Assembly (NCBI GenBank): GCA_013239625.1
Contig: MU053873.1
Location: forward strand, 2,370,524-2,434,523
Source: Lama guanicoe
Taxonomy: Eukaryota
Direction: 5' to 3'
Length of the DNA stretch: 64,000 nt
The translations under genes and the position numbers were made by a program. Shown here piece after piece: positions 11,630 through 24,499 of this stretch (position 1 is its first letter; the number at the start of each line of letters is the position of its first letter). The notes under the pieces are model-generated. The model was not told the origin of the DNA. It worked only from the letters and a program-made list of their open reading frames with translations, and made no database searches.

Positions 11630-11860
11630 TGGTGGGAGCGAGCCACGCTGAGCACTGGGTACAGCACGTGAATCGCATCATCTCACTGAATCCGTGCTGT
11701 GAAGCAGGTACCAAAATCATCCCCATTTCACAGGTGAGAAAATAGAGGCTTAGGGAGATGCAGTGGCAAATCTGCAGTTCTCAGGGGAGGAGGTGGAGCA
11801 GTTGGGACTCAACCCCTTCTGTCCAGCTCCAAAGCCCATGCTCCTCACCACCTGGACCCT
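11630..11860 (-). mobile_element. MIR SINE
   Basis: ATCATCTCACTGAATCC...CATCCCCATTTCACAGGTGAGAAAATAGAGGCTTAG. Confidence 0.85.
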
Positions 11861-12399
11861 CACCGCCTGGACTCCCCTCTCCTCCTTCAGAGAGCTTCTC
11901 AGACCCCCGGCTCCTCCGCATGCCCCCATCCTGGCAGGGTCACTATAATCTAAAACCTGGCCCCCAGGTGTCCTGCTAAGAAAATCAATGGAAATCATGT
12001 GTTGTGGGTTTCAGGTTGCTCACACCTTCGCCCCCCTGCCTTCCATGCTGAAACTGACCCTCCAATAACAGGAAAATCCAGTCCCTGGGCTGGGAGCCAC
12101 CTTATAAAGGGAGCTCAAGTTCTCACAGGGCCTCTGTAGCCAGGAAAGCCGTTTCCACCCTCTCGCAGCTTTAATGCCTTCCAGCCGCGGAGGAGAGGGC
12201 TCGCAGGCCCTGGCGGTGGCCATAAATCCGTAATTGAACATCGTCTGGGACTACCAGTCTCCAGAAAGGGGAACCAGAGCAATGGGGTAAAATTGTTCAC
12301 AAGGCCACGGGGACATCCCCTGTGCCTGGGCCAGGGGTCCACGTGGCTCCACACAAACAACTTTCTGAGGCCGCCCTCCTCTGAGCCAGCTTCTGTGCA

Positions 12400-12550
12400 G
12401 GAAGACTGGGAATCAGCCAGCCCTGGGTTCGAATCTGGCTGTGCTTGCTGGGGCCTCGGCAATGCCATGAAGCCTCTCCTTGCCTCAGTTTCTTCCTTTG
12501 AATCGAGCATCCCCCTCCCCAGGCAGTGTTCTTGTGACGCTCTAATGAAA
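12400..12550 (+). mobile_element. MIR SINE
   Basis: CCTGGGTTCGAATCTGGCT...GCCTCAGTTTCTTC. Confidence 0.75.
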
Positions 12551-13167
12551 TCAGGCCTTCCCCACCACAGATGGAGCAACTCTAACTAGCCTTACAAGCT
12601 TTGAAGACGTTGGCTGTGACGGATTGCAGACAGAGTGGGAGGAGATGGGATGCAGCCAACGCGGGGGACCAGCGACACCCAGATCAACCCTCAAAGGGGT
12701 CCCCACGCATCTCTTCCCGATTCCACTTGGGCAGCGTATCTGGGTCTCTGGCCAGCTCCAAAAGAGGCTATGGGATTTACCACGTAGATTACACGGCACT
12801 TAGCTGATGAAATAACACCCTCCCTGCGACCCCCGCCAAGATATCGATCAGCCACTGGCAACCACGGAGTTCGCGGCAGCCTCCGGACAGTTTAAAAAGA
12901 AAATCAGCCATTAATAAAATTGAATGGTTAGGCGCTGGGGGGCGGGGGGTGGAGGTCAGGAACAGGATGGGGAACAGCTGGAGAGAGGGGGTTGGGAAGA
13001 AGCTAACACACCAGGAAGAAAATTGGGAGAAAGGGTGCCCTTCTGATTCCAAAGCCGCGGAGCAGATGCATGAGAGATTGCACAATTAGCCAGTTCCACA
13101 AGAGCACGCCGACCCCACACGTCTGCCAAGTTAAACATGAGGAGTGAACGTCTGCACAACACCTAAC

Positions 13168-13450
13168 ACAGAGGTCTGCAAACTCAGGGCAGCCCCACGG
13201 TGTGTCTTTTTTGTCCCACATAAACTTTATTTAAATGGAATTTGCTGCACTAGTTTGAAGTGGGAGCTTTCAGATGGAAGTCCCGATTTCTGGGACTTCT
13301 TGGAAGACTGGGACACACAGTAAGGCTGGGCTTGCATTCCTGCGAGGCAGCAGCCAGGCAGAGTGACGGCAGATGTCCCCGTCGGTCGGACACGTGGAGT
13401 CCGGCTTGCTCGCCCCCCACCCGACCCCTGATCCCTGCACTCACTCCTGT
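13168..13450 (+). mobile_element. MER102-like hAT element
   Basis: CAGAGGTCTGCAAACT...TGTGTCTTTTTTGTCCCAC...GGGAGCTTTCAGATG...GATTTCTGG...CTGGGCTTGCATTCC. Confidence 0.6.
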
Positions 13451-14159
13451 GAACAGCCAGGGCTTTTGAGTTTGAGATCTCGATCCAAAGTCGGAAGTGA
13501 ATGATATCAAAAATACACGCGTGATTGCGGGGTATGTGTGTGAGTGACACACTCTGGGTAAGGCCATGCCAAAATATTCACAGAGGCAACTTTCTCTAAA
13601 TAGGACTTTATCTTCTCATCTTTCTGTACTTACTATTCTCATCAATAGAAAACAATGGACTTGGCTTTAAGGGAAAAATCAATATACACAGAGCTGAGTC
13701 CTCTGCGTGCTCACGATGGGAATTAGACCAAGAAGGAACAAATAACAAAACGCCAAACCGTGGTCTTCTCCAAATAGGGGAATTGTGGACAACCGGAATC
13801 ATCTTCTCTCTCTGTTTTCTGCAGGAAATCTCTTTCATATTTCTTATTGGACAACTACAAACCAGGTGTGTGTACATTAAAAGCAAATCATGATTAACTC
13901 ACCTTCAGAGAGATGCGATCCTGCGGGAAGAAGCCTTGCTGAAGGAAGGGCCTAGGGCATGGTGGGAGGGCTTTGTCGGCGTTTGAGCCCTTTTCTCTAG
14001 AATCTGGAACCTGGTGCAGGACTCAGGGCTGTCAGTTGGCTGAAGCATGTTGTTTCAGCCCCGGACCTCAGATTCCCACCTAAAGAAAAAAGTAAATTCC
14101 ACATAGGGAAGAAAAGGGGAGGCTAGTGGTTCTTTTTTTTTTTTTTTTAAGCTCCTATG

Positions 14160-14320
14160 NNNNNNNNNNNNNNNNNNNNNNNNNNNNNNNNNNNNNNNNN
14201 NNNNNNNNNNNNNNNNNNNNNNNNNNNNNNNNNNNNNNNNNNNNNNNNNNNNNNNNNNNNNNNNNNNNNNNNNNNNNNNNNNNNNNNNNNNNNNNNNNNN
14301 NNNNNNNNNNNNNNNNNNNN
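14160..14320. other. Assembly gap (161 N)
   Basis: Run of N. Confidence 1.
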
Positions 14321-14339
14321 AAAAAAAAAAAAAAAGCCT

Positions 14340-14545
14340 AGGGGCTTGATAAACCAGGCTCTCAGTTCAGCCACGTCCTAGCTGTGTGACCTCATGCAGG
14401 CCACCTAACCTCTCTGAGCCTCATTCTTTCTGTAAAACTGGGATCAAACTGACCTCATAGGATGGGAGGTAGGATTGAGTGAGAGAAAAAAAAATCATAT
14501 AAAGAGCAGCAGACAGTCAAAAATAATTAGCCCTTGTTTATATTA
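14340..14545 (+). mobile_element. MIR SINE
   Basis: CTAGCTGTGTGACCTC...AACCTCTCTGAGCCTCA...TCTGTAAAACTGGGAT...ACCTCATAGG. Confidence 0.85.
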
Positions 14546-14554
14546 TACTGTTGA

Positions 14555-14780
14555 CGTTATTAAAAACCACCTATTGTGTGCCTGCCAGTGGTGGGAAAGC
14601 TTTCCCATTCATTATCCAATCAGCTGCCTACAACAAACCAACAAGTCTCAGGCCACCACGTCCCACTCTAAGAAGAGGAAACTGAGTCTTGGTAAGGGGG
14701 AGGACGACTTATCAGAGATGACCGTCCCCACAGAGATCATGTCTGTGTGACTCACAGGGGACTCACTAACACTTACCACT
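14555..14780 (-). mobile_element. MIR SINE (tail-to-tail with previous copy)
   Basis: CACCTATTGTGTGCC...AGAGGAAACTGAG. Confidence 0.7.
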
Positions 14781-14854
14781 GACCCCTAAGAGGCTCTGGT
14801 CAACGTAGCTTTTAAAGCATCTGAACGTCTCCTGTGCGCCTGGCCCGTGTGAAA

Positions 14855-15030
14855 CAAGAGCAAGAATTCGGGAAACAGACCCGATTCAAGAGCTCCCTCA
14901 GTCATCCCTATATGTCATAGGCCAAGGCCTTCACCTCTGAGCCTCAGTTACATGGCCTGTCAAATGGACGTGCCGAGGGGATCCTTGGGAGATTTTATCA
15001 AGATGGTCAACGCATGTAAAGGACCTCGTA
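14855..15030 (+). mobile_element. MIR SINE
   Basis: TTCACCTCTGAGCCTCAGTTTAC...CTGTCAAATGG...GCATGTAAAG. Confidence 0.65.
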
Positions 15031-16255
15031 GAAGGGGAGGAGTGATTGATTGTGATGTGACCATCCCCATTTCACAGATAAGGAGAGCGGTACCCTGAAC
15101 CATCATCGCCTCCTTCATCCCTTAGCATGTTCAACGGAGCAGCACATCCCTCCCCCCAGGTCTCCAGAAGTGTCAGCACCCCTGAAATGCACATGGAGGG
15201 GAGAGGCGGGGAGCAGGTCTCCCCCATCCCCAGGCCTCCCTGCCTCTCGCTGCCGAGGAGGCAGCTGCAGCCAGACATTTGGAAACCATTACAAACATCC
15301 CTGTCTGATTCTGTTCTCCCCTGTGCGTAGCTTAAAGCAACAGATTCCAAGGAATTTTGGCTGCGTTCCTTGGCAGAGGGAGACCCAGAGGAATGATGGT
15401 GAGAGCTCTCTCCTCTCCACCCCGTCCGCACAGGGCCCTCTCATCTCAGGGTCCAGAGCAATGGGAGGCAAACCAGAGGGGAAAGACTCGGCCAGGTCCT
15501 GGTGGGGGTCCCCATTCTGAGTCTCCATTTCTCTCTCTGTAAGTGGAAATCATCAGGGCACACAGACACACTACCCTTATTGTGAGGAACCCACCAGTCA
15601 CTGAATTAAATGCCTGGCGCATAGTAGGGGTTCGAGAAATTCCATTTCTCTTCTGTTCTAATTACCAGTTTGCTTTTTGATGTGACCAAGGAAGCAGGGA
15701 GGTGGGTAAAATGAGAGCTTGGTGCCCTAGGGAAGCCCCGAGCCTGCTGGATGCCCTAACAAAGTCACTTCCCAGCCCTGGGCCCCAATCTGCCTGCCTT
15801 CCTGTTCTCAGTCCCTCACTTTCCCTGCCTCGGCACCCTGCCCGCCTCAGGGGCTCCCAGCACAACCCCAGCCCAGGTGCCCTCCAAACCCCTCCTGGTC
15901 TCCCTCTCTGTTCCCACCAGGCCTCGCTGGCACTGGAGGTGTGTCTTCCAGAGTCTCCTGTCCCAGCCAGTCTCGGCTCCTCTCCCACCAGCCCTCTCTC
16001 TCTCCCTCGGTTCACACAGGCCGTTTTCTTAACTCGTCTCTGCACTGATTTTTCTAGGCTCCTGGGCCCTCATTCTGGCCTCCTGGGGTCGGGGGCAATG
16101 GGGAGGCAGGGGCTGAGAGGGTGAGTGATGTGGGCACCTTTCTGCAGAGACCCGTGATGGTCTGCGCCCATCTCACTGGCCACCAGATCCAGCCCGGTCC
16201 ACTCCCGACTTGTCAGTGTGAGCAGGGCTGGAGGTGCTGCTCTGCTCAGGAGCTG

Positions 16256-16430
16256 TGGGGTGTGTGTGTGTGAGGGTGTATGTGTGTGAGTGTGTGTCGC
16301 ATACGGTGTGCGTGGTGTTTGTAGTATGTGTGTATCGTGTGCACATGTGGCGTTTATGTGACGTGAATGTGTGGTATGTGAACGTGTGTTCTGTGTTATG
16401 TGCACTGCATGTGCACATGTGGTGTTTGTT
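16256..16430. repeat. Degenerate (TG)n microsatellite
   Basis: Direct reading. Confidence 0.9.
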
Positions 16431-16614
16431 GGGGGGTCTGTGTTACTCTCTTCCCCTTTTCTGTTGGGTAGAGAACCCCCTCGGCCCACAATCTGGGAGA
16501 GAACCAGAGAGACGCTGTGTGGGAGGGTCCCTGGGACCCCGAACCCCCGCATGGACAGACGCCTCGTGGTCTCCCTGCAGACAGTTCAGCTGTCATATTA
16601 CTGAGGGCAGCGCG

Positions 16615-16770
16615 ACCCCGTGCCAAGCCCTGTCCACTCACCACTTAGCTCCTCTGCACCCCTGCCTGGGACACGGACCCTGAGTCACCCCCACTTCATA
16701 GATGAGCCAACTGAGGCCCAGCTGCTTCCGACGCGGGCTGAGGTCACACAGACCAGGAGCCCAGGGGCCA
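16615..16770 (-). mobile_element. MIR SINE
   Basis: CCCCACTTCATAGATGAGCCAACTGAGGCCCAG...AGGTCACACAG. Confidence 0.75.
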
Positions 16771-18547
16771 AGCCCACTCCTGGGCCTTCTGTGTCTCTGG
16801 AGAACTGGCAAAGTGACTTCTCAGACCCACGTCTGCCTCTGGCCAGCCCCCGGGGCTCCTGTGAATCTTCTCAGTTGCATCTGTATTTTCCTGCTCTTTC
16901 TGCCCTGCCTCCCGAAGCTGAACTCGGCACTCTGGGCTCCGGCAATTTCTCTCATTTCCTCCTGTTTCCTTGTTCTCTCCCTTTTTTCTCCCTGTCTTTT
17001 TTCTGTCCTTTAGTTACATTTTCTCATGTGTCTTCTTTACTCCTCTTTCTCCATCCTCCCCCCACCATCCCCGTCTTTTCGTCTGTGTGTCTGTCTCTTT
17101 GAACGTCCCTGTGTCTCTGCCCCTCTCCCTCACTGCCCCCACCCCACCACTTTTCCCAGGACCCCCATGTCTTCGCATCTCTGTCCCTCTCTCCCCACCT
17201 CCTGCCTACTTCCATCCGTTCATTACATCCAGCCTCTCCCAGGAAAGCGCCACCAGCCCACGCATCCTAGACAGCGAGGACTCTGTAGGGAGCCACGACG
17301 TTCCATGATGAGGCTCAGTGAGAGCTTTCTATCCCCGCTGAGTCCCTGGGCTCTGCAGGGCTGCACTGTCTACTCTCCGTCTGCTCCTCCAACTTCTCCC
17401 CTACCTGAGTCCCCCAGCCCTGTGCCCTGCGAATGTAGATTCCACAGACTGTACCACCTGGCTCACTCAGCCCTGACATCCTGATGCAGATCCCAGAGGG
17501 GCTCGGGGTGCGGAAGGCAAGGCAGGCTGGGGAATTTGTTGTCCTGACTCTGCCCCTGAAGCCCAGGCCCTGGTGGGCAGCCAACTCCTGCAGCCTCACC
17601 TCTCTCCAGGTCCCAGGAACACCACCTTCCCTCTCCTCCAGGCCTCGGGTGCTAATGACTCCCCACTGTTGCTGACCTGGAAGTGCGGCACCATCCCTGC
17701 ACTTCCCTTCATAACCGGCCACACGCCAAATGCTCTTCCCTGCATTACAGGTTCCTTTGGTGACCCCAGGTTGTTACCTGTTTCCTGCTGTGACACTGAT
17801 GGATGAACATTCCCTCTCGTGGCATCTTCACCTCCTCTTCACACCTCCCCACCCCTCTGCTCATACCCACCCTTCTGCATGCATCTGCTCCACAAGGGAG
17901 AGGCCTTGCCTAGCCCTCCCAGTCCCCTGAGCCCAGTGCACTGCTCGCAGCCAGCTCTCAGGGACTGTTAAAATATCAATGAGTGAATCAGGAAGTGGGG
18001 GAGCAGGATCGTGGCCAGCATGCTACACTGCCTGAGATGCTCGAAGGAGTCCACTGTGGGCCTGTCGTCCCCCTCCCGGGGCGTCCTGTCAGAGCTCCTG
18101 GCGCCCTGCAGTGGGGGGGTCCCCGACCATGGGGCACTGTCGTGCACCAGCCCCACTGATTCCACAGCACCTCTCTGTGTGCCCTGAGCTCACGGATGGG
18201 AGGGCTCCCCTGCTCCTGGCGCCCGTTCAAGCTGCCTGGTGAACTAAATTGATTTTTTATCGTTGCTCTGGAGTGAGCTTAATGAATCTGTTAGTGACGG
18301 CTGCCTGCCCCAAACGCCTCTCGGCGCCTGCGCCACCAGAACGACTCTTCCTGTGAAAGAAAAGGCGTTATTTAAGGTTCAGCCTGTGCCCCTGAGAGCG
18401 TCTGGGCATCAACTGTGCCATGCCTTGCTCTTCCTGGGGTGCTTCCCATACTGGGTCAAGGCTCTAATGTGGGTCAGAAATGGAAAGGCAATGCTGAAAA
18501 AACAGCATAGATTAAATTTAGCACATATGTTCCTAGGGACCAACAGC

Positions 18548-18905
18548 CCATCTGTACATCCATCCATCTACCCTTCCTTCCATCCATCAATCCATCCATC
18601 CATCCATCCATCTATCCACCTATTCACCTATCTGTCCACCCATCCACCCAATCATTCATCCACCCACCCATTCATTTGTTTACATATCCATCCATCCATC
18701 CATGTATCCAGGCATTCATCCATCCACCTACCTTTCAATCCAATCATCCATCCCTTCATCTGTCCATACATGCACCCATTCACTCATCGAACTATCCACC
18801 CAACCTTCCCTCCTTCCCTCCATCCATCCATCCATTCATCCACTCATCTACCCACTCATCCATAAGCCCATCCATCTCTCCATTGTTTCACTTATTTATT
18901 CATTC
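18548..18905. repeat. Degenerate (CCAT)n tetranucleotide repeat
   Basis: Direct reading, ~360 bp. Confidence 0.95.
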
Positions 18906-19134
18906 ATTTGACTTTATACATACTTATTACAAAACCCAACATCCTTATGGTGGCCTACAGGGTACCACAGGGCTGCCCCTGCACCTGTCTCCCTCCACTC
19001 CCCCCTCACCCCACTCCACCTCTCTGACATTGCTGCTGTAGGCCCTTTGCATCTGCTCTCCAGCCATAGGGACTTGCTGAGACCTCCTTCCCCAAGATCC
19101 CCATGCCTGCAGCTTGAGTATGGCCAGTCACGGC

Positions 19135-19703
19135 TGGAGCAGTTCATATTTCTCCAAAAGAGCCACTGCAACATCTCCAAACCTCTCTGTTCTTCAAATC
19201 CCTTGCCACGCCCAACCAAGAAGTAGAGTCCACTCCCCCTCCCCTTTACCCTGGGAGGGCCTGGGACTGCTCTGACAATAAAGTGTGTTAATAGTAATAA
19301 CATGTGACTTCCGAGACTAGGTCATAAAACACACAGCATCTACCTGGCTCTCTTTTTCTTGGGATGCCCAGGTTTGGAACCAACCGCCATGTTGTGAGGA
19401 AGCCCAAGCTCCATAGGGAGGCTGTGGATGGATGTGTTGGCCTATATTCTCACCTGGGGTCTCAGCACACAACCCTCACCAACCACCAAATATATAAGAG
19501 TGAAATTCTAGATAATTCACACTCTTAGCCTTCAAGTCTGCTGGTTGAAGTCCTAGACATCATGGAGCAGGGACCAGCCATCCCCACTGTGTCCTGTCTG
19601 AACTCTTGACCCACAGACTCTGTGAGCATAATAAGTGGTTGTGCCTGCTTTACGCCACTGAGTTTTGGGACGATTTTTTTACACAGCCAGAGTAACTGGG
19701 ACA
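19135..19703 (+). mobile_element. MaLR solo LTR (MLT1F/G-like)
   Basis: TGTGACTTCCGAGACTAGGTCATAAAA...GCCATGTTGTGAGGAAGCCCAAG...TGACCCACAGA...GCCACTGAGTTTTGGG...GTAACTGGGACA. Confidence 0.9.
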
Positions 19704-19709
19704 GCAAAT

Positions 19710-19930
19710 ACATATAGCACAGCTCCCTGTGGTGTGCTAAGCATTTTACAAATATTCACTCATTCAAACTTAAAAACTCCTCCTAGAAGTCCTAGTCACA
19801 TCTGTGTTTTACAGGTGAGGAACTGAGGCACAGAGAGGAAAATCAGCTTGCCCAAGGGCCCCGGATAAGTGACAGAGCTGGGATTTGAACCCAGGCGGTT
19901 GGCTCCAGGGTTCATACTCTTAACAACTGG
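19710..19930 (-). mobile_element. MIR SINE, near full length
   Basis: TTTTACAGGTGAGGAACTGAGGCACAGAGAGG...CTTGCCCAAGG...GAGCTGGGATTTGAACCCAGG. Confidence 0.92.
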
Positions 19931-20214
19931 CCAGGGCAGACTGGTGCAATCTGCATCCTTATGGTAGTGGTGGAAATGTAAGGTTGATCTTTGGAGTCCT
20001 ATCTTGTGGGCTTGCTGTTTCCTGTGATCAAAACTGGAGGTCTTTCCAACTCTGTAGGATAATACTTCACAACTTGAATGCAAGTTGATAAATGACAACA
20101 GCTAGCTAACGAGAGATGGACGGATGGATGGATGGACGGATGGACAGATAGACAGTAGTTGGTGGTGAGTTTTTGGTTTGCTCGTTTTTTTGTGGGTTTT
20201 TCTTTTTACATATA

Positions 20215-20430
20215 TAGGAGTATGGCTTGATGGTAAATGTTTGCTCTACAGGATCTGAGAAACACAGACTAGACCCAGCTCCCTTGTTTCATCAACTCTC
20301 TCAAAGCCTCAGTTTCCTCATCTGTAAAATGGTCATGACCCTGTTCATCTCACGTGATGTGACAAAGATTCATGCAGATAACACTTTTAAAGCACTTTTC
20401 ACGATGCCAACACCTCAAAAATGCTAGATT
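20215..20430 (+). mobile_element. MIR SINE
   Basis: Perfect core GCCTCAGTTTCCTCATCTGTAAAATGG. Confidence 0.9.
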
Positions 20431-21109
20431 GCTACTCTGGCTCTATCCCCTGTCCATGCTTTCTCCTCGTCCTCTCCAACCTTCCACCCCACCCCCACCC
20501 CCAAGCTGGTCTGCGGTTCCCCAGAGCTATCTCAGACAGCAGAGATCCCCCCTCTCCCCGCTGCTCTTGAGCTGGTGGTCACAGAAGTGCATCTCCCTCT
20601 AACGTGCGATGCCAGGCTTGCTGGCAGCCCCCAGCGCCGAGCACAGCTGCCAGGCCGGCACGCCTCCTTCCTCACAGCTGCTGGGATGCGACCTTGTCTA
20701 TCAGGCGGCCCCGGGAAACCCGCTGAGTATGTTCCCAGCTTGGTAGGTGACATAAATATTTTTCAACATGCAGGCAACTATCTGATTGGTGCCTTCCCCA
20801 GAGTGCCAAGCTCCAAGCTTAGGGCTGCAGAAGCAAAAAGGCAAAAAAATAAAAATAAAAAAATAAAAAAAACTCCTTTTGCCAGTGAAGTCTGGCTCCT
20901 TTCTTCATGGACATGTTTAGCTCTTCCTATCTCCTGTTTGTTTCCTTGTTTATTCCAAGTTCTAACCCAAATGGCTGACATTCGGCAGGATTTTTGTAAA
21001 TGCTTCCATGACTAGGACAGCCCTGGCCCTCCCCTCACAGAGCCAGCAGAGCATCCAGGGCAGCATGTCAGACTTGAGTGCATATTAAGAACCACCTAAG
21101 GTGATAATA

Positions 21110-21235
21110 ACACGGAGGTTTAAAACTTAATTTAAGATAGTTTTTAGAGTCCTTATCTCTCAGAGGGAGATACAGCACTATCCAAAGATGAAATGACAGA
21201 GTGTCTAGATTTGCTCCAAAATAATACAGGAGGCA
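21110..21235 (+). mobile_element. L1MC/MD-like 3' UTR fragment
   Basis: AGAGTCCTTATCTC...GAGATAC...AGATGAAATGA...TGTCTAGATTTGCTCCAAAATAAT. Confidence 0.7.
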
Positions 21236-21249
21236 GCAATATAGTAGTA

Positions 21250-21380
21250 CAATTGCTTTTAATTTCCAGATGACAAAACTGAGGCTTCAAGAGCCTGGGC
21301 CTCAGCCAGGGAGGGCCAGAAGGGGGCCTTAAACCCAGGGAGTGCATCTCCAGAGCCTCTAGATCCTGAGCTCCTGGTAA
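21250..21380 (-). mobile_element. MIR SINE fragment
   Basis: TTTCCAGATGACAAAACTGAGGCT...AAACCCAGG. Confidence 0.6.
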
Positions 21381-22244
21381 GATGTTAGCTTCTTCACTGA
21401 CCGCTTCCCCAGGTGACAGACTCCTGGAAACCTACCCAGAAAGTCATACGCAGGGAGTGCTGTAATTCTATCTCATAAACAGACGCAAATCATGTCCTTG
21501 AGCTACACAGGAATTTTCCTGCTTTGAAAATGGAAAGTAGTGGCATGATTTCTGCAGCTACCATCTCGAGTAAGTGCACCATTGTGTTCCAGCCACAGTG
21601 GAAAGCAATCTACATCTGTTATTTCATCGAAGGCTCACAACTCCTTCACAGAGAGGGCACAGTTGTTTAACTGATAAAATACACAGCACTCAGCAAGGTG
21701 CAGGGAGAGCCTTACCTGTGGTCACACACAGGTATTTTGGGGTGAGGGGAGCCTGCCTGAATATAGCTGAGTCCAATCTGATCCCCTTCCATCCCCTGGG
21801 GTGGCTGCAGATGGATACAGCCCCTCACCCTGGGGATACAGGACACTTTGATGACGAATGTAGCCAGTGCAGTCTTCACAGAAAACTCAGAAGGTGTCTC
21901 ACCAAAGCAGGGTCTTGCATCCAGCTGGAGTTAATTTCAAGAGCAAAGCATTCAAAGGAAAAAGGGGATCGGCAGGCTACAGCTGGCATGCTTGCTGTGT
22001 GAGTGCAGAGCACCCGGTCCTTTGATGGCCTAACCTGCTAGGATTGGACCTCGCAATCTTCTGGAGAAGGGAGGCCAGCATGTCCCTCATCTCCCAGGGC
22101 CCCCATAATGCTGAGTGCCCCCTTGCTTCTGAGAAGACTGGGGAGGGGCCTGAACAGAGCTCCCAGAGAAGACACTCACTGTGCTTTGACATCCTCCCCC
22201 AAGGAGAATGGCCTTTATTTGGGGGAGGGGGTTGTGAAGAAAAA

Positions 22245-23255
22245 GAGTATCAACCTAGATTGTTATTTCATAAAATAAAATAAATTCCAGATGGATTTTG
22301 TAAATGCAGAGCCAAGTGTAAAAACTAATAAAAATTTGAAGACAAAAATAGGGAGTTAATGACACCAGGGAGGGGAAGGCATTTCTTCAGCAGAAAAAAG
22401 CAAAGAAGTGAATCACAAAGGAAAGGAAAATCGGACAGATTTGAGTACCTGAAATGAAACAGGAGGAGGGAAAAAGGTGTGACTAAAGACATCATAAATG
22501 AAATTAAAATCCAGCTGACAAATAGATGAAAAATATTTGCAACCCTTATGATAAACAAATGGTTAGTGCCCTCCATATTTTTAACCAGCTTTTACAGATC
22601 AAACAGAAAACAACTAAAACCTTAAGAGAAAAGAACTCAAAGGAAATAGACAGACAGTTCCCAGATGAAGAAATGTACATGGCTGATGAACACATGGAAA
22701 AAGGTATACAGCCAATCCCACTAGAAGCCAACTGCTGGTTTGGCACAGATTTTAATGAGTTGATTCTGTACTGGCAACGGGAAGGTGAACTTGGGCCCTT
22801 GACCACTGCTGGAGTCGAATCACCTTTCAGGAAAGCATCTAGTTATGTATCAAGAGCCTTAAACATTCCAATTCTGTAATCTCACTTCCAAGAACCCATC
22901 CTCAGGAAAGATTGTAGGTACAAAGGTTGAAATCACCCCAATTATCTGCATATATTATGGAATGTACACACAATGGAATTCTGTGTGGCCCTTCAGAAAG
23001 TTGTTAAAGACTAATGATTAAGACAGAACATGGCAAATATGCTGTACACAGAACTGCATGTTCGAAATGACCTTGAATCATGTGTGAGCACGTGTCTGTG
23101 TGGACCTGCATAAACGCAGAAATATTAGCAGATGGATATTCATCCTAAAATTAACAGTGGGTTTGGGAATTGGGGACAATGTTTAATTTTCTACCTTATA
23201 TTTTTATATAAGTGTTCTATTACAATCACCTACTATTTTTATAATAAGGAAAATA
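22245..23255 (+). mobile_element. Old L1 (L1ME-like) ORF2 3' end plus 3' UTR, decayed
   Basis: A-rich; AAAATAAATTCCAGATGGAT, GAAAAATATTTGCAAC, CAGTTCCCAGATGAAGAAAT...ATGGCTGATGAACACATGGAAA. Confidence 0.85.
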
Positions 23256-23323
23256 TTTTAGCCAATCCAGTGAAATTAGGCCATTCCGACAGGTAGGAGC
23301 CTCAGAAGACGTGTATGGTAAGA

Positions 23324-23520
23324 CAGGGTTTCTAAGCTTTGGTGCGGCTGGCATACTGGGTCAAATACTCCTTAGTGAGGGGGCTGTCCTGTGCATTCTA
23401 GGATGTTTAGCAGCACCCCTGGCCTCTACTCACCAGATGCCAGTAGCAAACTCCCCAAGTTGTAACAAGCAAAAATGTCCCCAGACGTGGCCAAACATCA
23501 CCTCTCGGTGAGAACCACTG
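23324..23520 (-). mobile_element. MER20 hAT-Charlie element
   Basis: CAGGGTTTCT...GGGGCTGTCCTGTGCATTCTAGGATGTTTAGCAGCACCCCTGGCCTCTAC...GAGAACCACTG; both termini present. Confidence 0.95.
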
Positions 23521-24002
23521 CAGCAGGAGGAAGGACGGAGCACTTTTAATCTGTTGGTTCGGGGTTGGGGGTGGTGATATTCATCTATCCTTTTGTTCAT
23601 TCACTCATTATTTAACAAGTATTTTCAGATTCTCGCTTTGCAAGTTGGGAGGCCTGAGTCCTAGTCCCATGTCAGGTTCTCGGGGTGTGACCTAGGAAAA
23701 GTCATCTAAGGCTCCTTTATTTGTAAGACACTCCCTGTGCTCTTCCTGAGACCCTGGTGCAGCCACAGGGCGTGTAGCCAGGACAGGGCCACATGACTCC
23801 AGGCTCTGCCTTCAGGAAGTAACAGTCCAGCAGAGACGGCCGCTGTCCAAACAGCTGTATTTGTTCAGTGGCATGGGTGTTAACAGAGGCGTGTGAGCAG
23901 TGATGGATGAATGGAAAAGAGAGACTCGTCAAGGGTAATGATGGTGGCAACGCCTTTAAGGACAGCCCTTAACACATGTACCACACTTTACAGTTTAGAA
24001 AG

Positions 24003-24494
24003 TGGATCCTCAGGGTCTTGGCAGGAAACCAAAGGTGCATTTGGTGGGGTAACCTAAGAGAGTTTAAGAGTGGGATACTTACAGGAGTGAGGGAGGGAGA
24101 CGGGGAAAGCAACAAGGGACGATGCAGCACTTGGGGGTGGTAAAAGCAGGGAGCCTTTCCATCCCTAGCTTTAAAGGATCCACAGGAAGGACTGATGCTG
24201 GGTACCAGGGAGAACTAAGAGCCACCCAACAGAAAGAGGGGCCTTGGGGAGGGCAGCACAGCCACTATCAACCCAGAGCCAGCCAGGGAGGGCGCAGAAC
24301 GAAGAAATGCCTCACCCTCACTCTCATCCTGCCCTCCAACTTCCTGACATTGCCTCCTGTTGGCCAAACCATACAGGGAGTCAGAGAGCAAGGCAGTCTG
24401 CTGATATGGCCCACGTGGGTCAGCTACCTGAGTGGAACTGCAGATAGAGAAGGATAAAGAGGATCAGGAAGGGCGTACAGAGGTGTCCAGTGCA
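24003..24494 (-). mobile_element. LTR33-like ERVL solo LTR
   Basis: CAGGGTC..GCAGGAAAC...GAGAGTTTAA...CCTCACTCTC..CCTGCCCTCC...TTGGCCAAACC...GGTCAGC matches recalled LTR33. Confidence 0.85.
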
Positions 24495-24499
24495 GAAAG

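Noticed and set aside
14340..14780. Inverted MIR pairs (also 24500-24835 and 25285-25775) as hairpin or miRNA precursors
   Set aside because: Copies are too diverged for evident extended pairing, and adjacent opposite MIRs are expected at this density.
18263..19041. His/Pro/Ser/Ile-rich ORFs of 121-200 aa
   Set aside because: Translation of the (CCAT)n microsatellite.
22245..23255. Coding L1 ORF2
   Set aside because: Many stops and frameshifts; ancient fossil.
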